This document shows positions 1-12,800 of a DNA stretch of 64,000 bases, piece after piece. The notes below the pieces were generated by a model. The model searched no databases and was not told the DNA's origin. It worked only from the letters and a program-made list of their open reading frames with translations. Within the stretch, counting starts at the first letter, position 1; every line of letters begins with the position of its first letter. The position numbers and the translations under genes were made by a program. The DNA comes from Anthoceros angustus (lineage: Eukaryota; Plantae; Anthocerotophyta), in contig MU008158.1 of the NCBI GenBank assembly GCA_010909165.1, positions 769,478-833,477 on the forward strand, in the 5' to 3' direction.

Positions 1-314
1 ACTTCAGCAAACACAAACCGTGAATATAATCATATACCTACCATGCACAAATAGGGCTTAATATACCTTCGCAAGAAAACAACGAGAATCTCTTACGAAC
101 GCCGAGGTAGGTACCTAGTGTATCGTTTCGCCTAGAATGGTCACCTATCCCCGGTTCTCATCAAACCATAAAGAATTGTTTTCATGAACGAAGGAGGAAA
201 AAATATCAGCGTGAGACCCCGAGCCTCGGATCACGTTTCAAAGGGAGCAACTAAGCTCCGCGTCTAAAGTCACCTATAGCGTCTACAATGTCATAACTAG
301 GGAGATAGAATGGC

Positions 315-1620
315 CTACATAGTCATGGATACATCTCTAGTAGTCATTATTGTTCGTAAGATAGGCCCTACAAGTGTCATTTGGAGGGCAATGGATACCT
401 GCTGCCGAAAGAACGGTGTGAAATAGGAGAGAGGTAGTCCCGCTCCATATCTCCTTGCATGGCATGCTTTGGCATATGACTTGATAAATTTATCAAAGTC
501 TTTAGCCAACGCCACATTAGTCTCCAAGGCAAGCGGGATGAAGCGGTGACCTATCAACTGCATTCCCCTATCCCCTATACTTGGTAACCTTAAAAGCCGC
601 CACTCTAGTTGCTGCCCAACCTCGACAATTTAGGATAAGCTGTTTAGAGGTGGATTCCCGTGTAGCGTCAATAACCACCACACCTGCCACTAAGACTTGG
701 TCACCCCAGACGAGGTACAAGTTGGCTCTGACCAGTGCCCTAAACATAAAGCAAATTAGCGCTCCCTCCAAGCCATATAACCACTTTCAAGAGCCATTGA
801 AAACATAACGTCACGAATGGCATCATGGGTGGCAATACATTGACCCCGATAATTAGGACAACGAGAAAGATGTGTCCCAAATGCATCTAGGGCAAAGCCA
901 GATTCACATATGAGAAGTGAGGAAGCCATTGTTTGAACCAAGCCCAGACAGAAGCACATCACTGTAGTAAAGGTTGTAGGTGCGATGTGAAATCCCTCTA
1001 TGCATGGACGAGCCAATAGCCAAGCTCATGAACTCTTCCCATAACAAGAGCAGAGACGCCCGGGGCTCTTGCGTTCCTTGGAATAGAAGGGTCCAAAATG
1101 ACGGACTAGAAAGCCTGGCCAAGTTGTTTGTCAAGCAAGGATGTCTCCAACCCCTTGAAACCGTCATTGAGGAAGGTCGTGGAAGGAGGGAAGAGCTGCC
1201 TTACGTCCATTGATAACATGTCTCTAGCTTGTCTCAGGGACACTTGAAAAGGGAGGGATCCCTCTGCAACTCCTAATACAATGTCCTCCGAAAAGAGCTT
1301 GTCATGAAGTAAGAAACACGAGGCTAGAGCAGAGTTAGGAAAAGCCCAGTTGCCAAAAAATGTCGTTGACAAGGATTCCTCCCCGCATCCATAGGGTCCT
1401 AGATGAAAGGAGGCATAGGTGGTGAGAACGAAATAGTGGCACCTTCTTTCTTTGCAATCCATTCATTGCCCTACAGAGGGTGTTAGCCAACGGAGTGTTG
1501 AGGATGGCAGCAAATGCAAGGGATGCGACATCTTCAGCATCAGTGGTAGGTAGGCCCTTTCTTATCCCGAACCATGATATTCTTGGAGCAATAGGTAGTT
1601 TCAAGATGGATAATTATGGG
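315..1620 (-). mobile_element. Degenerate non-LTR retrotransposon with restriction-like endonuclease (CRE/NeSL-like): post-RT thumb region, CCHC knuckle and RLE; RT core absent
   Basis: Stitched minus-strand frames give PRISWF..., LGPYGCGEESLSTTFFGNWA (GGLG..AFLGSWA-like), GRLCSCYGKSS*AWLLARP...FTTVMCFCLGL, DAFGTHLSRC...ATHDAIRD (CCHC), RANLYLVWGDQVLVAGVVVIDATR...AAFKVTKY (RLE-like) and FIPLALET...FRQQVSIALQ. Stops and frameshifts are present. Confidence 0.75.
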
Positions 1621-1724
1621 GTCTAGTCCCCCTTATTCATTGAGAGGATTCGGAGACTTTATAGATATTTCGAAGCATACATCGAAGTCTCGCACTAGGA
1701 ATTTGAACAGAAGTAATCCCGTAG

Positions 1725-2765
1725 AGCACTAACAACTGACGGCCCAGCACGCTACGGAGACGTAGTGCACGAGCAATTGACAGCCTAGCACGCTACCACG
1801 ATGCAGTGCACTAACAACTGACGGCCCCGCACGCTGAGGAGACGAAGGCATGATGTTTATAACTGGCAGCCCTGTAGAGCTATGAAGCTAGGGGATGGGT
1901 GCCACCCCATTTGCGCACTAAACCATCCGAAGGACGCTTAACTGGGGAGTTCCAATGAAGCCTTGTTTGGATGTCATTCCTTATAGGGAGGCACCCCATC
2001 CAAGCACTGAACCGTCCGAAGGATGCTGAACTGGGGAAACAAAGGCATGATGTTTATAACTGGTAGCCCCTTAGGGCCATGAAGCCAGGGGATGGGTGGT
2101 ACCCCATTTGTGCACTAAACTATCCGAAGGACGCTTAATTGGGGAGTTCATATGAACCCATGTTTGGATGTCACTCCTTTAAGGGAGGCACCTCATCCGA
2201 GCACTGAACTGTCCGAACGACGGATGCTTATAACGGGCAGCCCCGTAGAGCCATGAAGCTAGGGATGGGTGGCCCCCATTCGGGCATTGAACAATCAAAA
2301 GGAGCTTAACTGAGGAGTTCCAATGAACCCATGTTTAGATGTCACTCCTTGCAGAGAGGCACCCCATCCGAGCACTGCCATGTTTGGATGTCAGGAATGC
2401 ACCCTATCTAAGTACTGAATGGTCCGAAGGCCGCTTAATTGGGGAGTTTCAATGTACCCATGTCTTGATGTCACTAACAACTGACTAACAGCCCTGCATG
2501 CTGCAAAGACGAAGGTAGGATGTTTACGCTGGATTGCAAGATGAAGACGACATGATGAAGGCAGGATGTTTATGAAGCTAGGGGATGGGTGGCACCCTAT
2601 CTAGACAGTGAACTATTCTAAGGAAGCTTAACCGAGGAGTGTCAATGAATCCCTGTCTAGATGTCACTTCTTAAAGGGAGGCACTCCATCTGAGCACATG
2701 TCACTCCTTGAAGGGAGGCACTCTATCAGAGCATTGAATCATCCGAAGGACACTTAACTAGGGAG
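1725..2765. repeat. Degenerate tandem repeat array: ~40-bp units at 1725-1850, then ~180-200-bp units
   Basis: The block atgaagctaggggatgggtggcacccc...ccgaaggacgcttaactggggagtt...tttggatgtcactcctt..gggaggcacc recurs about 4 times; cactaacaactgac recurs 3 times. Confidence 0.8.
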
Positions 2766-3781
2766 TTATTACAAATACCCTTTCTAATTAGGAAATATTT
2801 TATATATTAATTTAAAAAAAATTCAAAAGTATAAACAATAGGTTCATAATCCTCAAGATTATGTTAAATATGATACAATGTGTAACATAGGGGAATCAGA
2901 ACCCTTGCTGAAGATTTCTCCCTCGGGGTTGTTTTGATTTATTTTCAAAATACCAAATTAAAAAAATTATGTTAAATATAAAGGTTATATACACACAAAA
3001 TACAATTTAAACAAGAAAAAAATAAGTTGTTCTCTTGCTTAACCCCAAGAACGACCTATGACCTATGACATGCTTAATTTTCTATTATGGTTTTCAGAAT
3101 CTAGAAAATTATGATCAAAGGTTCTCCAATAAAATTTCTATTCAACCACCTTTGACCGCGGTTCCTAAAACTCGTCAAGTTATTAATGTGCACATGTGTG
3201 CGGACGTGGGCCCCACCACCTATACTCTGGTTGCCCGTTACATAGTATTAGGGATGCAGTGCATCCCTAGTGCTATGGCCATGCATCCATTCAAGCATCA
3301 TATGTAATTAAGAAGCATCATATGTAATTAAGCCTACGAAACTGTAATCCCGTTCACGGATGGTTCACAATGCCATGAAACTATTAGGCTGTTTATTGCG
3401 CGTACATTACATGCTCAAACTCGCGAGCGCCTTCACCAACCGTGCACTCACTGTGAACGCCGATCCATCGGGTGTCGAACATTTCAAGCTATGAGTGTAG
3501 AAGCATCAGCTGGTCTTGACCTGCCGATCGGGTGGGAGGTACTAGAACCACCGCAAGGTCCTTCCAAAATCTTTGATTTAACATTATCTTCTGTTGTTAT
3601 CAGCAGAAAGGTATTGACTGAAGGGAAATGCACTCCGTTGTTGTCTAATGTCGCCATCATTCAGTGAGATACAGTGGAGGACTTACTCCACGGAGACAAT
3701 ATGGACCACTCATTTCCTACCTCGTTCTAGAAGGAGAACGACAAAAAGGCAAGGGGAACTAACATCATACGTAGACAAAAC

Positions 3782-5808
3782 ATGTGGTCTTGGCTCAGGC
3801 ACACCAAGTATTGGTGTGCCTTTGGACGAACAAATTTCCGCAGCAACGACGCAGCTGTCCACGCATCTCAAACCACACGGAAACGTAAAGGCAAGATATT
3901 AAGATTCTCTAGTGTGAAACATGGCTGTCAATACCACATTGATGTCAAGCAGCTTGCTTGTTGGCCTCATCTTGCAGCTGTGTTTATTGTCCATAACCAG
4001 CATGTCAACAACTCCGGCCAAATTTGTCATGGCTTCCAGTACACCAAATGGACACTGAGATCAATGTACTCGTCGCATGCAAACCCACAAGCAAGGTTTG
4101 CTGCTCATTTGAGTACTGAGATACGTGCATGGGTCTTACACAGACTTTTTGCAGGAGCCACTCAAAGATAGATCTATTTGGAGCACGTTCAGAAAGTGGA
4201 TTTGAAAGCACAGGCTTATGGTTATGAACCCTGCCGTGATGACTTCCTTCAACCTCATGACATTGATAATATCGCATCAACTGTCACCACAGGCTTTTAC
4301 CAATACCATCCGAACGATGAGGTAAGTGTGCGAATGTGGATAGAAGCTCACAGAAACATCGTAGGGTACCATTCCAATTCAGTCCCTTTTACACTAGGGG
4401 TGCAAACAGCCTTTCAGAGGTCTATGATGCTTCAATTTGGAAACAATAGTGTGATCTCCTTTGACGCCACTTTTGGCACCAATAAGTACAAGTTCCACTT
4501 GTACACCTTGATGGTCTTTGATACTTACTATAGCGGAGTCCCTGCTGCTTGGATTATCACGGACAGTGGCAAACTGAAGGATATGCAGACGTGGTTGTAT
4601 GCATTTCAAATGCATATGCAGCAACATTGTTCATTGTGGTAGCCCAGTGCTTTCCTTGTGGATGATGCTGCTGCTGAAATAGGTGCTCTGAGGGCCACAT
4701 GGGGAGATACTGTGCCAATCTTGCTATGTTTATGGCATGTTAGGAAATGTTGGCTGCGTCACCTCTTGCTTAAAGTTAGCCAGTGGAGGACAAGAGTGGC
4801 AATCTTAAGTCGCCTTGGTGATATCATGTATGTTTCTCGTCATTGGCACATAGAAGTTGAGGCCAGGAAGATGCTACAACAAATGTTCGTGGATTATGAA
4901 AGAGAAGCTCCAGAGTTCATTCAGTACTTTAAGAATCAGTGGGAGGGAGTGCTACCTATGTGGCTAAAGTATTCCAAGACCATGCCACATGCTGGCCATG
5001 ACTGCAATTCGGCAATTGAAGCTTGGCATGGCTTCTTAAAGTCCATGTTGAGCCATGATTTTATGCATCTGCGAGGTCGGCGTATGGATTGGTTGCTCCA
5101 TACATTGACGGATACAGTGTGCAAAGTGTATTGGCACAAGCACTTCACAAAACAACATGGCTTCAAGCACAATGCAAAGTAAGAGGTGATTATCGAAATG
5201 CAATTAAGGGCTCTCTTTCCATACCTGACGACCATGTCACGCTTCCTACCAACGATCAAGAACCAGCTCTTGTGAAAAGCTCCACAGATCAAAGGCTGAT
5301 CTACACTGTTCATAATCCTGTAGGGGATTGGGCATGCTGCAATTGTCCAAGAGGAATGCAAGGCTTTTTCTGCACACACCAGGCAAAGGTATTACGCATG
5401 AAAGGGCAATTGCATTCAACTCGAGACCTCCTTCGTACGCTTGTATATAATAGTACTTCAACGAGCATTGAACCTTGTCCCATAGGAGAGGACACAACAT
5501 GCATTGGAGGGGTGCAAGCTTCCAAAAACCCTCAAGCTATGCCACGGAAATGCTCTTGCATAGATTGGGAGCATACCATTCAGACAATGCAGGATCTCGT
5601 ACGATCTACAGATCCTTCTTTGCTTGAGCATGCATATGCTGGAGCCAACATTGTGTTGTGTCAACTACGACAACTAGGAGCACGATTAGGTGGAGCACAA
5701 ACTTTGAATTCCGTTGAGCTCAACAAAATGGACAATGGTCTCGGCGATAGTTTGAAATGGAAAAAGAGTATTGTCGAGCTTGCAACCAGCTGGAAGCATG
5801 CGAGATGA
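3782..5808 (+). pseudogene. MULE transposase with C-terminal SWIM zinc finger, disrupted
   Basis: SFDATFGTNKYKFHLYTLMVFD...GVPAAWII, FLVDDAAAE, LCLWHV, NSAIEAWHG (MULE DDE core) and CNCPRGMQGFFCTH (SWIM). In-frame stops at ~4640 and ~5180. Confidence 0.85.
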
Positions 5809-5988
5809 GAATCAAGTATGATCTGTCAACTACGACAACTAGGAGCACGATTAGGTGGAGCACAAACTTTGAATTCCGTTGAGCTCAACAAAATGGACAA
5901 TGGTCTCGGCGATAGTTTGAAATGGAAAAAGAGTATTGTCGAGCTTGCAACCAGCTGGAAGCATGCGAGATGAGAATCAAGTATGATC
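5659..5988. repeat. Apparently exact 165-bp tandem duplication at the transposase 3' end
   Basis: tcaactacgacaactagg starts at 5661 and again at 5826; the copies match through gagaatcaagtatgatc. Confidence 0.95.
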
Positions 5989-7354
5989 CTGGTCAGCAAC
6001 TACCTTCTGTCATCATGTCTTTGAATGTTTTTTGCAGTCTCCATGCTTGCCCACACACTCCATAGCTTGATTCGAAAAAACGCTCTCAATTCCAGCTTTA
6101 AAACGAGCCATCTACACCATGTTTTTGTTGAAAATATCTCGAGGTATGTGTGAAAGAAGAAAACAAACTCACCTTTTGTGATGAATCCTTTGAATGTCTA
6201 TTGCGGTGTCTATACCTATTCTTAGGCTGTAAGAATGGATTAGAAAAAAGCTCTTATCGTAGGCTCCAGAATGAGCTATCTCGATCTTGATATGGTTCAG
6301 CAGGTGTCTTGCTATGTGTGAAAGAAGACAGCAACCAACTCTTTCTTTGAATATAACTTTCTGTCTCTATATTTACCCGTTTACTTTGCTTCTTGATTAA
6401 GAAGAAAGCTCTGGACGTGGGCTTCAAAATGAGCTATCTGTACCACCCTTTGGTGCTGAAAGGAAATACCCTTGTCTATAAACGGGATTTGAAGTCTTTG
6501 CTACAAAAGGTTTGAATGTAGCCCGCAAACTATGGCAACAGCATCCCCGTGAGTTCGGACCCTGGCATACACGAGCGTATGCGAGTTGGAAGGTATGGAT
6601 AAATGACTATGCTCACATGAAGTATGGGTGAATGACTATGCACGCACATGCCATACTCCTCCGAGCGCATACCTCCACCCCCGGTTATCAAGTCAGAGTG
6701 GTGGATCCCACAACTACACACATGTTTGCATTAATAACATGACAAGTTTTAGGCTCTGCCACCTTTGACATGCTTAATTCTAACAAGGAGATGAAAAAGC
6801 TATGGAGATAGAACACTTGCCCATAAACCCTTTTTTTACCATCAAATAATCACAAATTGAATCGTTCCACCATTTAAGGACTAAGTGGCTGTTTGGTGTT
6901 AGTGAGTGGCATCCATTTTTTTAAACTTTTTATAAAATGTTAACATTTATTTGTTACATCTCTAAATTTAGGGCTAATCCTAATTATTCTCACATTTAAT
7001 ATTCAAACTTTTTAATCACTACCAATTCACGCTAAAACTCTAAATTCTCCTCTCATGAAGCTTCGCTCATTCCTAGCGGTTGAAATATATAAGCTAAGGA
7101 TATATTTACAAAAAAATAAATTCCCTCTACATTTTTTACAAGGGAGCCAATCCTAAGCATACAACTAAATATTCAGTTTTTGAAGGTAGAATCTCTAATA
7201 ATACACCGTAGCCTTGATTGAGGTAGAGGAGCTGTGTAAACAAGTGAAAGCAAGCACCCAAAACAGGGAGTGACAAGTTCCTTGGAAATGGTGGTGTTTA
7301 AAAAACACCATTGGAAGATGAAGGAACTGCTAGCAGTTCCCAGTGCAGAAGCAT

Positions 7355-7672
<318 letters not shown>

Positions 7673-7833
7673 TCAGCTATGTTCTCACGCACCAGGAGGA
7701 TAGCAAAGCCCTCCGAGAGCACCACAGCAGCACGAAACACACCAGAGAGAAAACAGGCGGGAGCAGAGGAACTTGAGCACAGGTGAGCACAGGAATGCGA
7801 AATGAGAGTAAGCGTGAACGGTGAAGCTTCTGC

Positions 7834-7843
7834 TTTATATACT
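7834..7843 (-). promoter_or_regulatory. TATA box candidate for H4
   Basis: Minus strand reads gagtatataaagc about 170 bp upstream of the ATG. Confidence 0.5.
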
Positions 7844-8165
7844 CGCGAGGAGGACTCAAGACCGGCTCCTTTTCAAGTTTCGAAAATTCAAATGTTGCCG
7901 GTCCCGCCCGCCTCTTTGAATTTCATATGGAACTTAGCGATAAATTTCCTCAATGGAACTTCTCCAAATTTGCGAGGGTAAGCGGGTGACAACAACAAAG
8001 TTCCATTGACGCAATTTCACGTAAAGCGTTCCATTTGCAGGTGATGTAGCCATTTCGTCCCTTGCAAAACAGGTTCTTGAGTTCCTCCTGTCTTCAAGCT
8101 CGGTAGGTTCGGCAGGCGATTCGCAGCGAGCGACAGTTACCTGAAAGATCTGGAAGCAGCTTCAG

Positions 8166-9805
8166 ATGGCATCCTCGGACGATCTGATGTATCTGGTGCG
8201 GCAGTATGGCAAGCAGCATGCGCAGAAAGGTGTGTTTCCCTCCCGCTTGGTGGTGCGCAGAGTTAGGGCTAGGATAACACGATTGACTTGGTTGTGTGTG
8301 CTGCTGTTGTCCCGGCTCAGTCTCTTCAGCGGAGCGGCTTGTGAAAGAATTGAGAGCTCGAAGCTTTGAGGTTGACGGGAGACTTGCAGCCAAATGTGTC
8401 TCACTTGATACGGCGAAATTGGAGAGGAACCGTGCAGAGAATGAGTTGAAAGAACTAGCCACAGAGCTTGCCACATTTGAAGCAAGTGGTAGAGCCCGGC
8501 AGGTAGATATTTCGGGTCTTCATCCGGCTGAAGTGGACATTTTTTCTGTGTCTATTGATCTGGTATCTCACTGACATTGTTTTATGCGTGTGGTGAGGCA
8601 GGCAAGAATACAAAACCGGCAAGCAGACATCGCCCCATTGAGAATGCGTCTGGAAGAAGCACATGTCAGGGCCACACAACCACTTCAGCCATGCCAGTGA
8701 GGCGGTTTTTAAAATTATTTTTGACCGTGCTACGAATGCCCCAAGAGCCCTAATCTGGTTGCTGTGGATTGGTTGCGAAGCTGGAGGAGGCAAGGTTGAG
8801 GTGAGAAACAGTTGCAGTGCTCAGTTCAGTTTTCTTCTGTATGGTAGCTGTTGCATATGACTGAGGGTTGTTTTTTCCAGGGACAAGTTCATATGTGACA
8901 TGCAACTCCAGAACAGCGCAATAAGGTATATGAAGCCGGAAGGATTGGAGTGGCTTGAGAAGGCTTCATTTGCAGGATTCTTGCTGAACTCTGTCTCTTC
9001 ATGTCCTCCTTCAGAAAGATGAATGAAGAGCAGAGTGAACGTGACCTGAAACTGATTCTGCTAAACAAGCGTCAACACCTGGAAGGTAAGCTGCCTCTCG
9101 GTGGTTGGCAGCAGTCATCCGCAGTTCCATTTTGTAACAAAAAGTGACAACTCTACGCAGCCTTGAGGGCCGAGGTGGCCCTGAGCCAGGAGCACCAGGC
9201 TTGCCAGGTTGCTCCGGATGCAGGTCAAGTCGGCCGAGCCAGTGTAGAGAAGGATAAGGAGGTGATAGCCCACTTGTCGACTTTCGAGCTGAATTCTTGC
9301 TCGCTGGAGGCTGTGTGGCATGGAACAAGTAGACAAGTTATTTTCTCTGCCTGCTGGCTGCAGATGGATGAACGGCTAGATCTGGTTGAGAGGCTGGCTC
9401 AAAGCAAGGAAGAGTTGGAGGCTTTGTCCATATATCCTGCAAGACTGAGATCCTTCCCAATTCTAAGCTTGCCCCTCGTTTGTACGGTTAGGAAGCCGAG
9501 TGGGCTCGTTGTATTGCCACCCTGCTTGCAACTACGGTTTCCAGCCTGCCCTTGACTTGCAATACTAAGATGACGCATTCAGAAGATATCTTCAGCTTCT
9601 ACAGAGGCGAGTTGGTGAAACAAGTTGTTTGTCCAGACTGCGGGTCTGACAACATGGAACAGGTGAGATGAGGCATAGCTTTGCCTTCTCATGATCAGCG
9701 GCCCTCTAATCCAAGACACTTCTGAAACACTCTTATGCACCTGTATCTTTCCCATGGTCTGCATGTCGACAGATCCTGGCTGAGTTTGCACAAGCAGCGG
9801 GATGA
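8166..9805 (+). CDS. SCEP2: Multi-exon coiled-coil protein with C-terminal CxxC, similar to AT3G28370/SCEP2 (synaptonemal complex central element)
   Basis: GT-AG exons at 8166-8229, 8330-8502, 8602-8664, 8781-8800, 8881-8925 and 8976-9085, then from 9161 and from 9364 (ends uncertain), ~9583-9662 and 9773-9805. Spliced product: MASSDDLMYLVRQYGKQHAQKAERLVKEL...AKLERNRAENELKELATEL...ARIQ...RDKFICDMQLQNSAIRR...ELVKQVVCPDCGSDNMEQIL, collinear with my recollection of AT3G28370. Confidence 0.65.
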
Positions 9806-12800
9806 ATGAAATAACTAGCGGTCCAGGACTCCAGGCTGAAGAAAGGGCGCAATGACCGAAATCCTGTAATAATAATCAAAGGAGGCCTTGTTGTGTGGAA
9901 GGCAGTGGAGGCGGCTGATAAGGGGAAGGCCGACAAATATCCTTGAGCGAGCTCCGTTGCAACGGGAGGGGATAGAAGAGGATGTGACGATGTAAGATCA
10001 TTGGAAGCCGACGTTAACTGATGACTGGACCTCATCACCCCGAGTCCGCTGTACTTGTCCAGGGCTCCAGGCGAGACCATTTCTGTGGATTGTCACTCCG
10101 GTTGTTGTCCCTTCTCACATGTGGATGCACCTTCAGTTAGTGAGCACTGGTTGCAGACTCGGCGATGTACTGTACACGTTTGAGCGGACTGGTAACAGCA
10201 TGTGGGTGGATCTGAATTGGCAGAAAGTTGGAGGTTTTGGCAGGGGGCGGAGGAGGAATTGATGAAGCAGAAGTTGGGACAAGTTGAGAGTCCTCTGGCC
10301 TGGCTGGTCGGAGGCCAACAATAGACAACAATTGGTGCGACCTGCTCATGAGATCCGATCATGAATGAAGGCGGCGATCGTCGGAAATAGCAAGATTCGA
10401 GGTCGCAGGGTTGCGGCATGAATGCACCAACATCCCGATATCCTGTTGCACCGGTAGCGCGAGCAAGAACGCAGATATAATCATGGTGGACACAAGGCAA
10501 ATTGTAAGCGAAGGCTGACATTAGAGGGCGGGGCGGATAATGGATTGCACACGCCGCAATGATGAATGGCGCCAGCCAGGTAATTGATTGCACAGAGCAA
10601 GCAGGTGGCGCTCTTTATGGCGGGGCTGCCCGCTGCCCCGGTTTCCTTCCACCGGTAATAAGCTAACCCGGTTCCCGGTTCCCGGTTCCCGGTGGCCCCA
10701 CCTGTGCAAGTAGTGCTGGCGCTGGTGCTGCTACTGCCAGTGCCACACTGGTGTTTAACTGCTAACCGCATGGATGTTTGTTGTACAGCAGTACAGTTGG
10801 GTATTCCGTCCGCCAACCAGAAGCTGGTTCATGGGGAAGCGGGCACATTGAATGCCCAGCCGACAAAGGTCTACCTGAAATAGGAGGCCGCATTTCCGGG
10901 ATGCCAAGGTACCGGTATAGGCTTTTCCTATCCCCATGCGCGTATTCCAAATTTCCCTGCTGCCGCGCCCGAATGCTTTTAAATGGAGGGGTGTGTAAAA
11001 ATAGGAGGAGGGTGACAGGCCGCGAGGCCTGACATCAATTAATGGAATGCGGCCTGTTTCGGGCCGTTCGCGTTCCCCAATTCCCCACCAAATCGGCCCG
11101 TATCGGGCCGCTTGGCCCCTTGGGGGACGGGCCTATGCATGGCACTGCAATTTATTGCAGCGGCCCATTTCGGGCCGTTTTTAATTGGCCGCTCCAGTCC
11201 CCAAGATGGGGGCCCTCTGCAAGTCTGCAAGCGGAATGATGAATCGCTTTGAAAAGTAGCCCCCAAGCCCTTATAATCTCGTCAATCATGCCCGTGACAG
11301 CTCGCAAACGCCATCAGCATCAGCCCAGCGGTGGTCCCCGGCCCCAATCAGGCCGCCCGCCCATCATCTAATCATTAACCCACCCTCCGCGGACCCTTAT
11401 ATTAAGCTCCGGTACGCACTACTGTACATTTCTGAACAATTTGGCTTACATTTTAGAGTCTGGAGCCTGGAGCCTAGAGCCTGCAACCTATGCAGCCCGG
11501 CTGCCTGTAGTGGCTGCGTGTGCAGGTGCGTACACACCAAGAATTTCTTGAAGTTCATAGTTTCAATATGTATGGCAAAAGTAGATGTCCTACAATTTAT
11601 ATTCTTTTTCAACCTCCACCATTCGATTACATTCCCCAGAAAAAGCAATCCCGCCAGTGTTGTGCATCCTTTTTCGATACTGCCAACGAAAAAAATGAGA
11701 AAGTCAAATCCGGATTACAGGGATTGGTTTAGAACACGCACAGGTAAGGTACGTACGTACGTACATTAGTCACATACTCCTGCCTACACTCCCAACTCCT
11801 GGGAAATATTGGTCAATGCCTCAATGCCAGGGTATTAGCGCAGCAAGGAAAAGAAAATGTTTATTAATAAATACACGAAAATGTGAGCACCTAATAATAA
11901 AGCGCGCAAAACCGACTGCGATCTTTGTCGAAGCGCAGCGTGCAGCGAAGCGGGAAGACAAAAGCGGGACTCCACTCCAATCCAATCCACTTCACTCGGA
12001 GGACCACCTAATAAGGAGGTTGTGTACAGTAGACTACTAGTATTGGTAACCGTTGTATAACGATTTGAGACAGAGGATGATTTGGCGCGGCTTCCAGCCG
12101 CCGGTTATCTTCTCTCCTTGCCCAGCTTTACTCGTCTTTCCGATTTCTTTTCGCCTTCTTTCCGGTGTCTTTCGGGGAATACCGGGGCCGTCACATGGGC
12201 GGGCACATGTCGCCCCCCGCGGTGTGTGTGAGCGCGCACTTAGCGTAAGCCAGGGCCACGTCGCCTGCGTGGCCAAATCTGTGCTTGCATCTGGCATTCA
12301 ATGGTAACCATGTTCAGCAACCGGCGAGGCCCTGGCTGCTGGCTTCTGCCTGCTGCCTGCTGCCGTCGCCACTGGCCAGGGAAAGCCCATGGAATGTTGT
12401 ACCTACGCCCTTCTTTGTACTTGGCATTGAAGAGGTCGGAGGGCGTCGTACAGGCGAGAGAGAGGGCCGCCCGCGGCCCAGACCCAACGGCCAAGAACCC
12501 AACGCTTTTTCTTTTTATTAATGCGCCTCTCCATGGCTATGTCGTGCGTCCTAGTTACATACTGTACGCAGGTACATGAGCTCGATCAGGGGATTAGGCA
12601 CCATTTCATCGCATTTCCTCCAAAGGATTTGGGATGCGGGAAATTGGGAATTCGAGGTTCGAGGTTCGAGAGACGAGGGGATCTGGTGGCAGTGCGGCGG
12701 ACGGACGACGGGCGACGGCTGCATCTAATGCGCGTCGGGAATATGATGGGGGCTCGCCCGCCGCTGCCGGTTGCGACGGAAATGGAAAGACGCTGGAAGG

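Larger units (their letters stand above)
3157..6758 (+). mobile_element. Mutator-like DNA transposon (MULE-SWIM) with degenerate TIRs and 11-bp TSD
   Basis: The direct repeat ccacctttgac flanks the element at 3146-3156 and 6759-6769. The left end cctaaaactcgtcaagttattaatgtgcacatgtgtg is an inverted match to the right end cacacatgtttgcattaataacatgacaagttttagg. Confidence 0.8.

Noticed and set aside
2895-2930. tRNA T-arm-like or SINE-like motif
   Set aside because: No A box or cloverleaf.
9733-10593. Minus-strand ORFs as a KDZ or other transposase
   Set aside because: No convincing catalytic motif; the leftmost part overlaps the SCEP2-like last exon.
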